64,000 nt of DNA from an uncultured Verrucomicrobiae bacterium (GTDB taxonomy: Bacteria > Verrucomicrobiota > Verrucomicrobiia > Chthoniobacterales > JAFAMB01): NCBI GenBank assembly GCA_963762565.1, contig CAVXLD010000010.1, positions 128,001 through 192,000 of the forward strand, written 5' to 3'. The position numbers were made by a program, and so were the translations under genes. This document shows, one piece after another, positions 21,761 through 31,794 of the stretch. A model generated the notes under the pieces. It was given only the letters and a program-made list of their open reading frames with translations, was not told the origin of the DNA and did no database searches. Each line of letters starts with the position of its first letter. Position 1 is the first letter of the stretch.

Positions 21761-21996
21761 ATTGGTGGGGCGAGGCTCCGGAAAGATGTTCCGTGTCGCC
21801 AGAGCCGGACATTATTTGAGTTTCCGCGGTGTATTGTCCCAAAACGCATGCCGAGCCGGGCCCAGCGCCAGGCTGCGATTTGATGGCGCACGCTGGGAAC
21901 GGCTCGGCCAGCGTCTCGACACATCATAACGTGGAGACTGAACTGTCGTGGACCTTGATAATACGGGGCGTCGTTCGGGAGCCTCGCCCCACCAAT
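21761..21996. repeat. Family A, copy 4
   Basis: Same TIR. The interior aligns with copy 2 in the opposite orientation (CGAAC.ACGCC.CGTAT.ATCAA; CAGTTC.GTCT.CACG). Confidence 0.85.
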
Positions 21997-22014
21997 TCGG
22001 GAGCCTTACGAAAT

Positions 22015-22557
22015 CTAATGCACGAAAAACAGCGCTTGCGCGAAAAAGCCGACTCCGATCAGCCCTACTACTAAGCTCACCAGCCAGAAAGCTTTTCGCT
22101 TGATCAAGACGGAGATCGCACCAACCGCGATGGCAATTTGAAACAATGTTACACTGAAGGCCAGCGCTTCATGAGTGCCTAAGAGATGTTGGGCCTCTTT
22201 TTCTAAGCGCTCTGCATCCTTTCGAATATCTTCCTTCTCTTTTCCGTATTGAGCGAGCTTGGCCTTATCGGCGTCAGGCGCTGGTTTATCTAACGAGGCT
22301 AAGATATCTAACTTCCCGGCTATTTGCGCTTCCTTGATGCTCTTCGATTGGTAGTAGCTCCATTGATCGGACGATTCGATCTGTGATATCACTGCTTCAT
22401 TGGCATTATGCCCAGCCAGTAAAGACGCCACCGCGGCGAATGCCGCCAACAGAGCAGAACTTAACGCCACTCCCAAGATCCAAGGTTCAGTACTGTGCTC
22501 GGCACGCTCGTGGATGTGCTCGTGGAGATGTTCGGTTGGAACCTCAGGTTCTTCCAT
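22015..22557 (-). CDS. DUF4337-like membrane protein
   Basis: SDQWSYYQSKSIK motif between hydrophobic segments; LFQIAIAVGAIS. Confidence 0.8.
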   Translation of the reverse strand: MEEPEVPTEHLHEHIHERAEHSTEPWILGVALSSALLAAFAAVASLLAGHNANEAVISQIESSDQWSYYQSKSIKEAQIAGKLDILASLDKPAPDADKAKLAQYGKEKEDIRKDAERLEKEAQHLLGTHEALAFSVTLFQIAIAVGAISVLIKRKAFWLVSLVVGLIGVGFFAQALFFVH

Positions 22558-22723
22558 AAGAGTTTGCAGTTGGGGGTGCCGCTAATTGTTAACCGCCAAC
22601 GGCGGGAAGGTCGACCACAAATGCGACGGACGGGTAACGCCGTCGTCGCCGGCAACGATGCCCTTAGGGAGTGACCCAGCGGTTAACAAGGTCTCGTCCC
22701 GCGGCTGCGGGAAGGCAGCACTA

Positions 22724-24304
22724 CTAATGTCCGCCAGCTCCCGCCGGGGCTGGGCCCTTAGCCTTCTTAAACATGAGGATAATGGGTATCAACAACAGAC
22801 AGATCGGTACCAACATCCGAAACTGCTCCACATATGCCCATAGACCCGCCTGCGCTTGTAGAGCTTGATAAATTACTCCGTAGGCTTGCGATTGGGCAGC
22901 CTGACCAGATTGAACGGTCAGCGCGTGTTGTAAGGTGGAGAGTTGATTCCGGAATGGAGCATCCAGATTCGTTAGGTGTCCCACCATTAACGCCTGATGC
23001 GCTTGCGTGCTACGTGTCACCAGAGCGGTAACCAGCGAGATACCGACCGAGCCTCCTAAGTTTCTCATCAGGCTCGTTAGGCCAGCCGCGTCACCCATAT
23101 TCTCCCGTTTAACCGTGGCGACGGAAAATGTTGTCATCGGGACGAAAATGGATGTGATCGCGAAGCCGCTGATGACAATCGGCACCATCACCGTCTCGGG
23201 CGACATGTTGAGGTTGACCCCGCCAAGCAGGTACATCGTGAGCCCAAGAACCGCGGCGCCTTGTGCCATCCAAAGCCGGCCGTCGACCTTCGTCAGAATA
23301 CGCCCGGCAACCATGCTGCCGACGATGGCTCCGATTCCTCTCGGGCTCATCACTAGGCCAGCTTGTAGAGACGGATACCCCAACAGCAGCTGCAAGAACT
23401 GGGGTAGCACCGCTGTCGTGCCGTAAAGAACAGCGCCCACGCTGAAATTCAAGAGGACGCCAATGGCCAAGTTACGGTCTTTGAGAATCTGCAAATTAAC
23501 GATGGGGTGATCTCGAGTGAGCTCCCAAACCAGGAACACAACAAACCCGACGACCGCAAAGAAGCCTAGCCACCGGATGAAATCCGACGAAAACCAATCC
23601 TCGTCCTGGCCTTTATCGAGCAAGATCTGGAGACAGCCAATCCAGACAGCCAAAAGACCAAAACCAGCAAAATCGACTTTACCGGCCTTCGCATTCTTGA
23701 TGTAGGGCGGATCTTCCAGGAAGCGCAGACACATCAGAATCGCAATGATACCGATGGGAAGGTTAATATAGAATACCCAGCGCCAGGAATAGTTGTCCGT
23801 AATCCAACCACCCAGAGTTGGTCCAAGGATCGGCGCGACAACTACCCCCATCGCGTATACCGACATCGCTTGTCCGCGTTTTTCGGGCGGAAAAGTCTCC
23901 AAAAGAATTGCCTGCGCAACCGGTTGCAATGCTCCACCGCCGGCACCCTGCAGGATCCGAGCGAGGATCAAGAAGCCAAGGCTATTGGCAACGCCACAGA
24001 GAGCGGATGCGATAGTGAAAATCGTGATGCAGGTGATCAAAAAGCGGCGGCGGCCAAAGAACCGTCCCAGCCAGCCGGTAGCAGGCAAGATCACCGCGTT
24101 GGCAACCAAATAACTGGTGAGAACCCAGGTGGCCTCATCCGTACTGGCAGAGAGGTTTCCAGCGATGTGTGTCAACGAAACGTTTGCTACGGAGGTATCA
24201 AGCACCTCCATGAATGTGGCTGACATCACCGCTGCCGCGATGAACCAAGGATTCGCCGCCGGCCTCCACGGTTGGGCCGCTGCAGTTGGCGTTTGGTTCG
24301 CCAT
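22724..24304 (-). CDS. DHA2 family (EmrB-like) MFS efflux permease
   Basis: FMEVLDTSVANV, WVLTSYL, GPTLGGWITD..SWRWVFYINLP and LDKG..DWF. Confidence 0.95.
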   Translation of the reverse strand: MANQTPTAAAQPWRPAANPWFIAAAVMSATFMEVLDTSVANVSLTHIAGNLSASTDEATWVLTSYLVANAVILPATGWLGRFFGRRRFLITCITIFTIASALCGVANSLGFLILARILQGAGGGALQPVAQAILLETFPPEKRGQAMSVYAMGVVVAPILGPTLGGWITDNYSWRWVFYINLPIGIIAILMCLRFLEDPPYIKNAKAGKVDFAGFGLLAVWIGCLQILLDKGQDEDWFSSDFIRWLGFFAVVGFVVFLVWELTRDHPIVNLQILKDRNLAIGVLLNFSVGAVLYGTTAVLPQFLQLLLGYPSLQAGLVMSPRGIGAIVGSMVAGRILTKVDGRLWMAQGAAVLGLTMYLLGGVNLNMSPETVMVPIVISGFAITSIFVPMTTFSVATVKRENMGDAAGLTSLMRNLGGSVGISLVTALVTRSTQAHQALMVGHLTNLDAPFRNQLSTLQHALTVQSGQAAQSQAYGVIYQALQAQAGLWAYVEQFRMLVPICLLLIPIILMFKKAKGPAPAGAGGH

Positions 24305-24310
24305 AAATGA

Positions 24311-25579
24311 CTACGCCGGTTGCTTAACTTTGGGAGGTCTTGTACCCCACCAGAGAATGCCCAGGATAGCGACAGCAACCGAAGCCGAGACCATCATCAG
24401 CTGCAGAGGTGAGTAACGAAAGTCCTGTACTTTGACAGTCGGTACGACTGACTCTCCGGGACCGAGCGGCAGGCCGACATCTGGAGGCAGGTCGAACAGA
24501 ATCTTAATCGGGATTCGCTGAACCACCTTAACGTAGTTGCCGGTCGCGTTCTCCGGAGGCAAGAGACTAAACGCAGCTCCGCTGCCCATCTGGATGCTGT
24601 CGATATGACCTTCAAACTTTCGTCCGCCGAGAGCATCTACCTCGATCGCTACCGGCTGCCCGGGACGCATCAGCCGCACCTGATTTTCTTTATAGTTTGC
24701 CGTTACATAGATTTCTGACGGAACTAAAGCCATCAACGACTGACCAACCTGGACATAGTCTCCCGGCTCCACTGATTTGCTGGTGACCCGGCCAGTTTCC
24801 GACGCGTAGACCTTTGTATACGAATCGTTCAGTTTCGCCGAATCCAGGTTGGCGCCGTTTTCCTTCTCTTGCGCCAGAACGTACCCAAGCAGCGCCTCAA
24901 AAGTGCGCACTTGCGCTTCGCCTTCTGACTGTTGCGCCTCTCCCGCTACGACTTTCTTCTTCGCCGAATCAAGATTTGCTTGCGCCGCGCGGTCAGCGAC
25001 TTGCGAGTGAATCAAATCCTGGATCGATACCACATGCGTTTTGTAAAGATCCTGCTCTCGCCGTAGATCGTCGGACGTTTGATCGGCCTGCGCTTGGGAC
25101 GCTTGTTGATCCGCCTTATCCTGCTCAACCGTCGCTTGCAAACTTCTTACGTTAGCCATTTGCTGGTCCACGGCAGCCTGCGCGGACGCTGCTTCTGATT
25201 TCACGCTCTCGAGCGCCGCCTCTTTCTGCATCAACTGCGCGTCATAGTCGCGAGGATCAATCTGGACCAGCGGATCTCCCTTCTTCACCAGTTGATTGTC
25301 CCTTACTAAGACCGAGTCAATTCTTCCTGCAATTTTAGGGGCCACTTGGATCGTATGAGCAGCGATGAATGCGTCATCAGTCGATTCGTAGCTCGCCGAT
25401 TGCGCATAGAGATGGAGACCAACCGCTGCTGCCAAGAATACGAGGCAGATCCCGAATATTGTTCTCTTAAACCGCTTTCCGAGCCGGTCTCGCAGCGTCG
25501 CCCTTCGGGCGCTAGCTGGTAAGACTTTCGAGACCTCCTCTGTAATCTGTCGATAGTTCTCTTCCAGTGTCTGAGCCAT
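24311..25579 (-). CDS. HlyD/EmrA membrane fusion protein
   Basis: ESTDDAF, ANYKE, FSLLPPENATGNYVKVVQRIP; extra C-terminal hydrophobic segment. Confidence 0.93.
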   Translation of the reverse strand: MAQTLEENYRQITEEVSKVLPASARRATLRDRLGKRFKRTIFGICLVFLAAAVGLHLYAQSASYESTDDAFIAAHTIQVAPKIAGRIDSVLVRDNQLVKKGDPLVQIDPRDYDAQLMQKEAALESVKSEAASAQAAVDQQMANVRSLQATVEQDKADQQASQAQADQTSDDLRREQDLYKTHVVSIQDLIHSQVADRAAQANLDSAKKKVVAGEAQQSEGEAQVRTFEALLGYVLAQEKENGANLDSAKLNDSYTKVYASETGRVTSKSVEPGDYVQVGQSLMALVPSEIYVTANYKENQVRLMRPGQPVAIEVDALGGRKFEGHIDSIQMGSGAAFSLLPPENATGNYVKVVQRIPIKILFDLPPDVGLPLGPGESVVPTVKVQDFRYSPLQLMMVSASVAVAILGILWWGTRPPKVKQPA

Positions 25580-25601
25580 GGCAGAATGTCCTGTTTCCGG
25601 A

Positions 25602-26273
25602 TTAAGCCTTGATCCCCTGATAAAAAATGTCCGTGATGCCTTTGAAATGCGCGGCAATCGATTCCGCGTCGTCTCCATATGCGGTGTGTCGAAGCATCGC
25701 GCTATGGACGGCATCACGAATGAAATCCGCGGCCGCCGAAAGATCTAATCCCTTTCGCACCAAACCCGCGTCTTGGGCTTGCTGCAAGCGCTCAACAAAA
25801 AGCGCCTTCCGTTTCAGCATGAATTCCTGAAGGGTACGGCGAGTAGACTCCGGCAAAATGGGAGCCTCGCCAATGAAAGCTCTCACGAGGGCCTCTTTTC
25901 CTCTCACAAGCGAGTAAAGCTCCCGGACATATCGCTCCAAACGAGCAAAGAGATCTTCCACCCAGTGCTCATCTGGCTGCACCAGAGCGTCGATAGAGGC
26001 GCAGCTCCGCTTAAGGGTCGAATGCAACAGCTCATCCCGGGTATGAAAATGACGAAAGATAGTCACTTCGTTCACGCCAGCCTCACGGGCAATCTCGCGA
26101 GTGGTAGCGCCCTGGAATCCATCCCTGGAGAAAACATGCTCAGCTGCGTCCAGAATTCGGTTCCTAGTCAGGTCAGCGGATCCGTTTTGGACGCGGATTC
26201 GTTTGGATACGACGTCTTCGTCCATGCAAGCACATACTTGCATATCCAGTTGAGTGCAAGCACTTACTTGCAT
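25602..26273 (-). CDS. TetR/AcrR regulator (paralogue 2)
   Basis: HTH GFQGATTREIAREAGVNEVTIFRHF. AGGA precedes ATG 26273; ATG 26243 and 26226 are alternative starts. Confidence 0.92.
   Translation of the reverse strand: MQVSACTQLDMQVCACMDEDVVSKRIRVQNGSADLTRNRILDAAEHVFSRDGFQGATTREIAREAGVNEVTIFRHFHTRDELLHSTLKRSCASIDALVQPDEHWVEDLFARLERYVRELYSLVRGKEALVRAFIGEAPILPESTRRTLQEFMLKRKALFVERLQQAQDAGLVRKGLDLSAAADFIRDAVHSAMLRHTAYGDDAESIAAHFKGITDIFYQGIKA
26225..26272. promoter_or_regulatory. Putative TetR operator doublet
   Basis: TGCAAG-N6-CTTGCA at 26225-26242 and 26255-26272, 30 bp apart. Confidence 0.8.
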
Positions 26274-26492
26274 GGTTCCTGGGCTCTGGTGGCCAGCCGG
26301 TGCGACCCGTGGTGCTGTTTTATCGGTTTCGGCCACAGGAAGAACCAGATTTTCTTCCTGTTTCTGCCTGTCAAAAAATATGGATTCTGTTCGCGTGGCA
26401 CTGTGGTTCTCATAACTCAGTGGGGAAAGCCATGGTTCTCGCCGGCCGAATCCTGTGGCAATCATTGCCGTGTCGGAGATTCGCCGGATTAA

Positions 26493-26540
26493 TGCAAGCA
26501 CTTACTTGCTATTCCAGCAGATTGCAAGTGCTTACTTGCA
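26493..26540. promoter_or_regulatory. Putative TetR operator doublet
   Basis: TGCAAGCACTTACTTGCT (26493-26510) and TGCAAGTGCTTACTTGCA (26523-26540), 30 bp apart. Confidence 0.8.
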
Positions 26541-26557
26541 AAAAGTAGGAAAAACGT

Positions 26558-26749
26558 GGGAGGGCGCGCTGCCTGTCCGACATAGCCTGGTGCGTGCAAG
26601 CAACTTTTCTCCCACCGGGGCGACGTCGGATCCTCGCGCGCCGCGAACAGGGTCCACAATTTTAGATCTAGGATAACGCAGGATCGGGTCTGTCGCGGAC
26701 TTCGAGAGCAATCCGGCGACTGCCGGACGAGGACGCGATCCCTCCTGGC
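26558..26749. repeat. Family E doublet
   Basis: GGGAGGGCGCG ... CGAGGACGCGATCCCTCCTGGC; the same asymmetric ends as 1873-1997, in reversed orientation. Confidence 0.6.
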
Positions 26750-26751
26750 TT

Positions 26752-27393
26752 CTACTTATGGATGCCCTGGATGAAAATCGAGACGACGGTCCGCAGATAA
26801 GTATCAACAGAGTAACCGCCGGTCCCATACATGGTATGACGAAGCATTCCTGTATGGACGGTATCGCGAAGGATATCCACAGCACAGCCGAGATCGACTT
26901 CGGGATTAACGTATCCCGCTTCTTTGGCTGCCTCGAGGCGTTCTATCAGGGCTGAGCGCACCGGAAGCATTTTCGCCTTGAGAGCTTCGCGTACAGCGGG
27001 TGGAAGGAGTCTGCCCTCACCCACGACCGCTCTGACTAACGCCTCTCGCTCCAAGAGCATCTCGTAGTACTTGCGGACGTACGCTTCTACTTCGCCCGGC
27101 AGGTCACGCTCCCAGGCGCTTTTTGGTCCAATCAGCTCTTCCGGAGCGATGCTGTGGCAAAGAATCGTTTCACGAAGGAGATCGTCGCGAGTGCGGAAAT
27201 GCCGGAAAAGCGTCACTTCATTGACGCCCGCTTCCCGGGCGATCTCGCGGGTGGTCGCTCCCTGGAAACCGTCCCGTGAAAACACCCGTTCGGCAGCTTC
27301 GATGATGCGTTGGCGAGTAAGGTCACCGTATGACCGGGTACGACGTACTGGGGTTGTTTCGTTTGGGTTAGTGATGCAAGTAGATACTTGCAT
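26752..27393 (-). CDS. TetR/AcrR regulator (paralogue 1)
   Basis: HTH nearly identical to paralogue 2; shared C-terminal H..MLRHT.YG motif. Confidence 0.92.
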   Translation of the reverse strand: MQVSTCITNPNETTPVRRTRSYGDLTRQRIIEAAERVFSRDGFQGATTREIAREAGVNEVTLFRHFRTRDDLLRETILCHSIAPEELIGPKSAWERDLPGEVEAYVRKYYEMLLEREALVRAVVGEGRLLPPAVREALKAKMLPVRSALIERLEAAKEAGYVNPEVDLGCAVDILRDTVHTGMLRHTMYGTGGYSVDTYLRTVVSIFIQGIHK

Positions 27394-27422
27394 TTCAGGG
27401 CGAGTGCAACTTGAAGTTCGCA
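27375..27422. promoter_or_regulatory. Putative TetR operator plus degenerate partner
   Basis: TGCAAGTAGATACTTGCA (27375-27392) and TGCAACTTGAAGTTCGCA (27405-27422), 30 bp apart. Confidence 0.7.
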
Positions 27423-27485
27423 CTACCGAATTGGAATCGCGAACAGTGAACCGTGAACTGCAATGTGCTATAAGATTAACAGTTT

Positions 27486-28076
27486 ATGAGTCCACGGAGC
27501 GCATCTCGACATCGGGAAACAGCAGAAACGTCTGTCAGCGTTGAGATTGTGCTTGATGGGTCGGGAGCCGGAGATATCGATACCGGAATCCCGTTTTTCG
27601 ATCATATGCTGATGCTGCTGGCCAAGCACAGCCTCTTCGATCTGACGGTCAAGGCTCGCGGCGACTTGGCGGTCGACCTCCATCACACGGTAGAAGATAC
27701 GGGTATCGTGCTGGGAGGAGCTTTGGCCACAGCTCTTGACGAAAAGACAGGAATCAGACGTTATGGATGGGCTCGAATACCGATGGACGAAACGTTGGCT
27801 CAAGTAACGATTGATTTGAGCGGACGCCCCTTTCTTGAATTTCGAGGACCATCGGAGGTAGATCCAATCGGCTCATTCGACTTCGGATTAGTGGAAGAGT
27901 TCACTCGAGCTCTAGCCATGTCGGCTGCGATGACCTTGCACGTAGAAGTTGAATACGGGAAAAACAACCATCACATTGCCGAAGCCATTTTTAAGGCGCT
28001 GGCGAGGGCCTTAGATATGGCTTGCCAGATAGATCCTCGAGTAAAAGGAGTACCCAGTTCAAAAGGTAGACTTTAG
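27486..28076 (+). CDS. hisB: Imidazoleglycerol-phosphate dehydratase
   Basis: [18 protein letters not shown] and NNHHIAEA. Confidence 0.97.
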   Translation: MSPRSASRHRETAETSVSVEIVLDGSGAGDIDTGIPFFDHMLMLLAKHSLFDLTVKARGDLAVDLHHTVEDTGIVLGGALATALDEKTGIRRYGWARIPMDETLAQVTIDLSGRPFLEFRGPSEVDPIGSFDFGLVEEFTRALAMSAAMTLHVEVEYGKNNHHIAEAIFKALARALDMACQIDPRVKGVPSSKGRL

Positions 28077-28149
28077 GGCTGCAAGCGCTCATCCGGCGGC
28101 GGCGGGAATGAGCGGTGCCTCGAACAATTCTTAATGGAGACCGATTGAC

Positions 28150-28773
28150 GTGAATCTAGGACCAAGACTCGGACTGATTGATTACGGGTCCGGCAATCTG
28201 CTTAGCGTAGGCAAAGCATTGGAGGTGGCGGGTGCGCAGGTTACGCGTCTTGAGAGAGGACCGATTGAGGGGAGTTTCGATGCCATCGTTCTACCAGGAG
28301 TCGGAGCGTTCGGAGACTCTGTCAGCCAGCTCAAAAGCCGTGAGTTTTTTTTCCCACTCCAGAAGTGGTTAGGAGACGGAGGACGCTTCCTCGGGATTTG
28401 TCTCGGTTTTCAATTGCTCTTCGAATCAAGCGAGGAATCGCCGGAGGTCGCGGGCTTAGGAATATTTCAAGGACAGGTCAGAAAGCTTAATCAAGGGACA
28501 GTCAAGGTACCACAGATTGGTTGGAATTCGGTCAAGTGGACGGAGCATGCCCGCGCGCTATATGCGAACCTTCCTCCCGATCCTTACTTTTACTTCGTCC
28601 ACTCCTACTACCCCGAACCGCAAAACGAATCTATCGTCGCCGGCTACACTGAATACGGGAACCGCTTCGCCTCGGCGGTCGCGACCAAGAACTTGCTGGC
28701 TACCCAATTTCACCCAGAGAAAAGTCAAGAAAGCGGCCTGCTTTTACTCCGTCAATTTTTGGACACACTCTAA
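28150..28773 (+). CDS. hisH: Imidazole glycerol phosphate synthase glutaminase subunit
   Basis: DYGSGNL, LGICLG, YFVHSY and QFHPEKS. Confidence 0.97.
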   Translation: MNLGPRLGLIDYGSGNLLSVGKALEVAGAQVTRLERGPIEGSFDAIVLPGVGAFGDSVSQLKSREFFFPLQKWLGDGGRFLGICLGFQLLFESSEESPEVAGLGIFQGQVRKLNQGTVKVPQIGWNSVKWTEHARALYANLPPDPYFYFVHSYYPEPQNESIVAGYTEYGNRFASAVATKNLLATQFHPEKSQESGLLLLRQFLDTL

Positions 28774-29519
28774 TGATTATCTTGCCTGCGATCGACCTGT
28801 TCGAGGGCCAGGTGGTACGTCTCCGCCAGGGCAAATTGGAACAAAAAACCGTTTACCCTGGAGATCCGCTGTTCTACGCGACGCGATGGGAAGAAGAAGG
28901 AGCGAACTGCCTCCATGTGATCGACCTGGAGGCCGCCTTCACTGGAGAACAACGGAATCTCGACCTGATCAAAAAACTGGTGAGTTCTTTGAATATCCCG
29001 GTCGAAGTCGGCGGCGGTATTCGGTCGTTCAAAGCGGCGGAAACCCTTTTGGAGGCCGGTGCGGCTCGGGTCGTAATTGGGACCAAAGCCGTCGAGGATC
29101 CCAAATTCCTGAATGGACTGGTGGCCGGATTCGGGGGTGACGCGATCGCCGTGGGCGTGGATGCGAAGGAAGGTAAGGTCGCCGTAAAAGGATGGGCGGA
29201 AGTCACCCATATCGATGCACTCGAGTTTATCGACCAGATTTGTCAGGTCGGGGTTGGTACGATCATTTTCACGGATATTGCCACTGACGGAATGCTTTCC
29301 GGTCCGAGTTTCAGCGCTCTTGAGGCCGTTCTGGAAAAGGCAACGTCCCAGGTCATTGCCAGCGGCGGCGTTGCGACCATCGACGATGTGAGACGCCTAG
29401 CCTCCCTACCCGGATTGTACGGGACGATTATCGGTAAAGCGCTCTTTGACGGGACGGTCGACCTAAGCGAAGCAGTGGCAGTCGCCAATGCCGCATCGGA
29501 TGCGAGAGGAGCCGTTTAA
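28773..29519 (+). CDS. hisA: ProFAR isomerase
   Basis: PAIDL..G.VVRL.QG, HVIDL, GGGIR, TDI.TDG and IASGG. Confidence 0.96.
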   Translation: MIILPAIDLFEGQVVRLRQGKLEQKTVYPGDPLFYATRWEEEGANCLHVIDLEAAFTGEQRNLDLIKKLVSSLNIPVEVGGGIRSFKAAETLLEAGAARVVIGTKAVEDPKFLNGLVAGFGGDAIAVGVDAKEGKVAVKGWAEVTHIDALEFIDQICQVGVGTIIFTDIATDGMLSGPSFSALEAVLEKATSQVIASGGVATIDDVRRLASLPGLYGTIIGKALFDGTVDLSEAVAVANAASDARGAV

Positions 29520-29530
29520 GGTTTCAGGTT

Positions 29531-31705
29531 CTATCTGCCCGCAGTTCTAGGAGACTTTTGCAGATCGACCAGATCGGCCAGGATACTCAACGTTTCTCGT
29601 TGAATCGCATCGGCATCAGCGGTGTCTCCGTTTCCTTCATCAATGAGGTCTTCACTGGAAGGCGACGGAGAATCTTTTGCGTCCTTACCTGCCGCTGGTA
29701 GAACTTCCTTCGGTAGAAGCTTCAGCTGAGGCTTGTTGACATCTGCCAACGTCAGCTCGTACCGCTTGTCTTGAAGCTGACCATCGATCTTCTTCTCATC
29801 AGCCAGCTCCTTTTGTTTGCGATCGTTGTCTTCGTCCAACTCATCCCTCCTGATTTTCTCGTTGAGAGACAAGCGATTCGACTTCAGACGATCCTTCAGG
29901 ATCTTCATGTCGGAGGTGACATCCTGGAAAGCGGTATCCTGGTTGACTCGATTAGCAGACCGTTTACGCAGGTCGTCGATGTAAAGCGGTTTCCGATTGT
30001 TTGCCAAATCGATCGCCGCAGGCTCGACCTCGTCGTACGGCAGAGGATGTTCGAGGGACGCTTCACCGATTTCGGAATTGTCGGTAAGCGAAGGTAAAAC
30101 GATATCAGAAATCACTCCGCGAAGTTGGGTCGAGCCGCCCGCAACTCGATAAAATTTTTGGACCGTCAACTTAAGAGCGCCGGCATCGTTGCTCGAACCT
30201 CCCAGCAGGGGCATGAACCTGCCCAACTCCAGCAGTGTCTGCACCGTACCCTTTCCAAAGGTACTCGAATCACCAACAATCACCGCTCGCCCATAATCCT
30301 GCAGCGCCGCGGCAAATATCTCGCTAGCGGATGCACTAAGCCGATTAGTAAGAACCAAAAGAGGACCGCTGTATAAAACTCCGGGGTCTTGGTCCTTCAG
30401 CACTTGGACATCTCCATTGGCATCCTTAACTTGAACGACGGGACCCTGGTTGATGAAAAGACCTGTCATTTTTATCGCCTCGTCGAGAGAACCGCCACCG
30501 TCATGACGCAAGTCGATAACCAAGCCCTGGATTCCTTCGTGCTCCAATCGTTTGATTAAAGCAGCGACATCTCGTGACGTACTCTTCCCGGTCCGAGACC
30601 GTTCCATGTCCTGGTAAAATGACGGTAGGGTGATCCAGCCCAATTTCTCAGCCGTCCCATCTGGAAGGTCCTTCTCAATTAATTCGGCTTTTGCCTCCTG
30701 TTCCGTCAGTTTTACGTCGTCTCGAACGAGTTCAACGACCTTTCTCTTGGACGGGTCAGCCGAATTCGCCGGAACCATCATAAGGCGAACGACTGTGCCT
30801 TTCTTACCACGGATCAACTCCACTACTTTGTCGATCTTCATATCGACAACATCGACAAAAGCGTCCTTCGCTTGAGCGACCGCGGCAATGCGGTCCCCAA
30901 CACTTACCTTCCCACTCAATTGAGCCGGGCCACCGGAAATTAAGCGTTCCACCTTAGCGTAACCGTCATCCGACTTGAGCTCCGCACCGATGCCAGTCAA
31001 CGAGAGACGCATATTGATCTCGAAGCTTTCGAGATCCGATTTCCCTAGATATTCAGAGTGTGGATCGTAGGTCTGAGCGGCGGCGTTAAGAAAAAGCTGC
31101 AATACATCGTTGTCATCTCGCTCATCGAGGTTCTTTACCAGCTGATCATATCTCTTTCCGACGACCTTCGGTCCGGGCTCCAGAGCAAGTTTATTCAGCT
31201 TTTCCTGCAGCAACTCGCCCTCGATCCGGTCTCGCCATAGGCTGTCGGCTTCGGCCGTATTCGCTGGCCAAGCATCCTTGTGACGATCTAACGCAACAGT
31301 CTTGGTACTCTTGAAGCTGTAGTCCTGCTTAAGGAGCTCCTTGATCTTGTTCACTCGATCTGCAACCCGAGTCTTGAACAGATTATAAATGTCTCTTGCC
31401 GGCTGGACATTCCCGACAGTCAGGTCTTGGTCAAGCGTTGACGCGTACTTATGGTAGATCTCGTCTACGTCTTCCTGGGTGAAAAAGAGTTTGGTGTAAT
31501 CAAGATCCTCTAGATAGGTGTCGAGGATCTTTTTCGCCATGGAATCGTCAAGCTTCTGCCGGCTGTAATGCGCTTGCTCGAGGAGTCTTGCCACGGTGAT
31601 GGCGATTTGCCGCGAGTCGGCTGAGCTCTGCTTGAGTTGCCCGATGCTACAATTGGTGGCGCACAGAACCGATAGCCCGAGGAAAGCAACGCTGGTGATT
31701 TTCAT
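29531..31705 (-). CDS. prc: Carboxy-terminal processing (tail-specific) protease
   Basis: DPHSEY, GIGA PDZ, DLR..GGG, SASASEIFA and GKGTVQ. Start uncertain. Confidence 0.92.
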   Translation of the reverse strand: MKITSVAFLGLSVLCATNCSIGQLKQSSADSRQIAITVARLLEQAHYSRQKLDDSMAKKILDTYLEDLDYTKLFFTQEDVDEIYHKYASTLDQDLTVGNVQPARDIYNLFKTRVADRVNKIKELLKQDYSFKSTKTVALDRHKDAWPANTAEADSLWRDRIEGELLQEKLNKLALEPGPKVVGKRYDQLVKNLDERDDNDVLQLFLNAAAQTYDPHSEYLGKSDLESFEINMRLSLTGIGAELKSDDGYAKVERLISGGPAQLSGKVSVGDRIAAVAQAKDAFVDVVDMKIDKVVELIRGKKGTVVRLMMVPANSADPSKRKVVELVRDDVKLTEQEAKAELIEKDLPDGTAEKLGWITLPSFYQDMERSRTGKSTSRDVAALIKRLEHEGIQGLVIDLRHDGGGSLDEAIKMTGLFINQGPVVQVKDANGDVQVLKDQDPGVLYSGPLLVLTNRLSASASEIFAAALQDYGRAVIVGDSSTFGKGTVQTLLELGRFMPLLGGSSNDAGALKLTVQKFYRVAGGSTQLRGVISDIVLPSLTDNSEIGEASLEHPLPYDEVEPAAIDLANNRKPLYIDDLRKRSANRVNQDTAFQDVTSDMKILKDRLKSNRLSLNEKIRRDELDEDNDRKQKELADEKKIDGQLQDKRYELTLADVNKPQLKLLPKEVLPAAGKDAKDSPSPSSEDLIDEGNGDTADADAIQRETLSILADLVDLQKSPRTAGR

Positions 31706-31794
31706 GCGGCGAGCACACAACGAATTGACAGAAGAATTACGAAGTAACATTTTGCGAGCCGCATACACGGGCCCATTTTGGAGTCTCCCTCAAT

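Noticed and set aside
26274..26492. Riboswitch in the tetR-emrAB leader
   Set aside because: A 9-bp IR (GCCACAGGA/TCCTGTGGC) is present, but I recognise no aptamer consensus.
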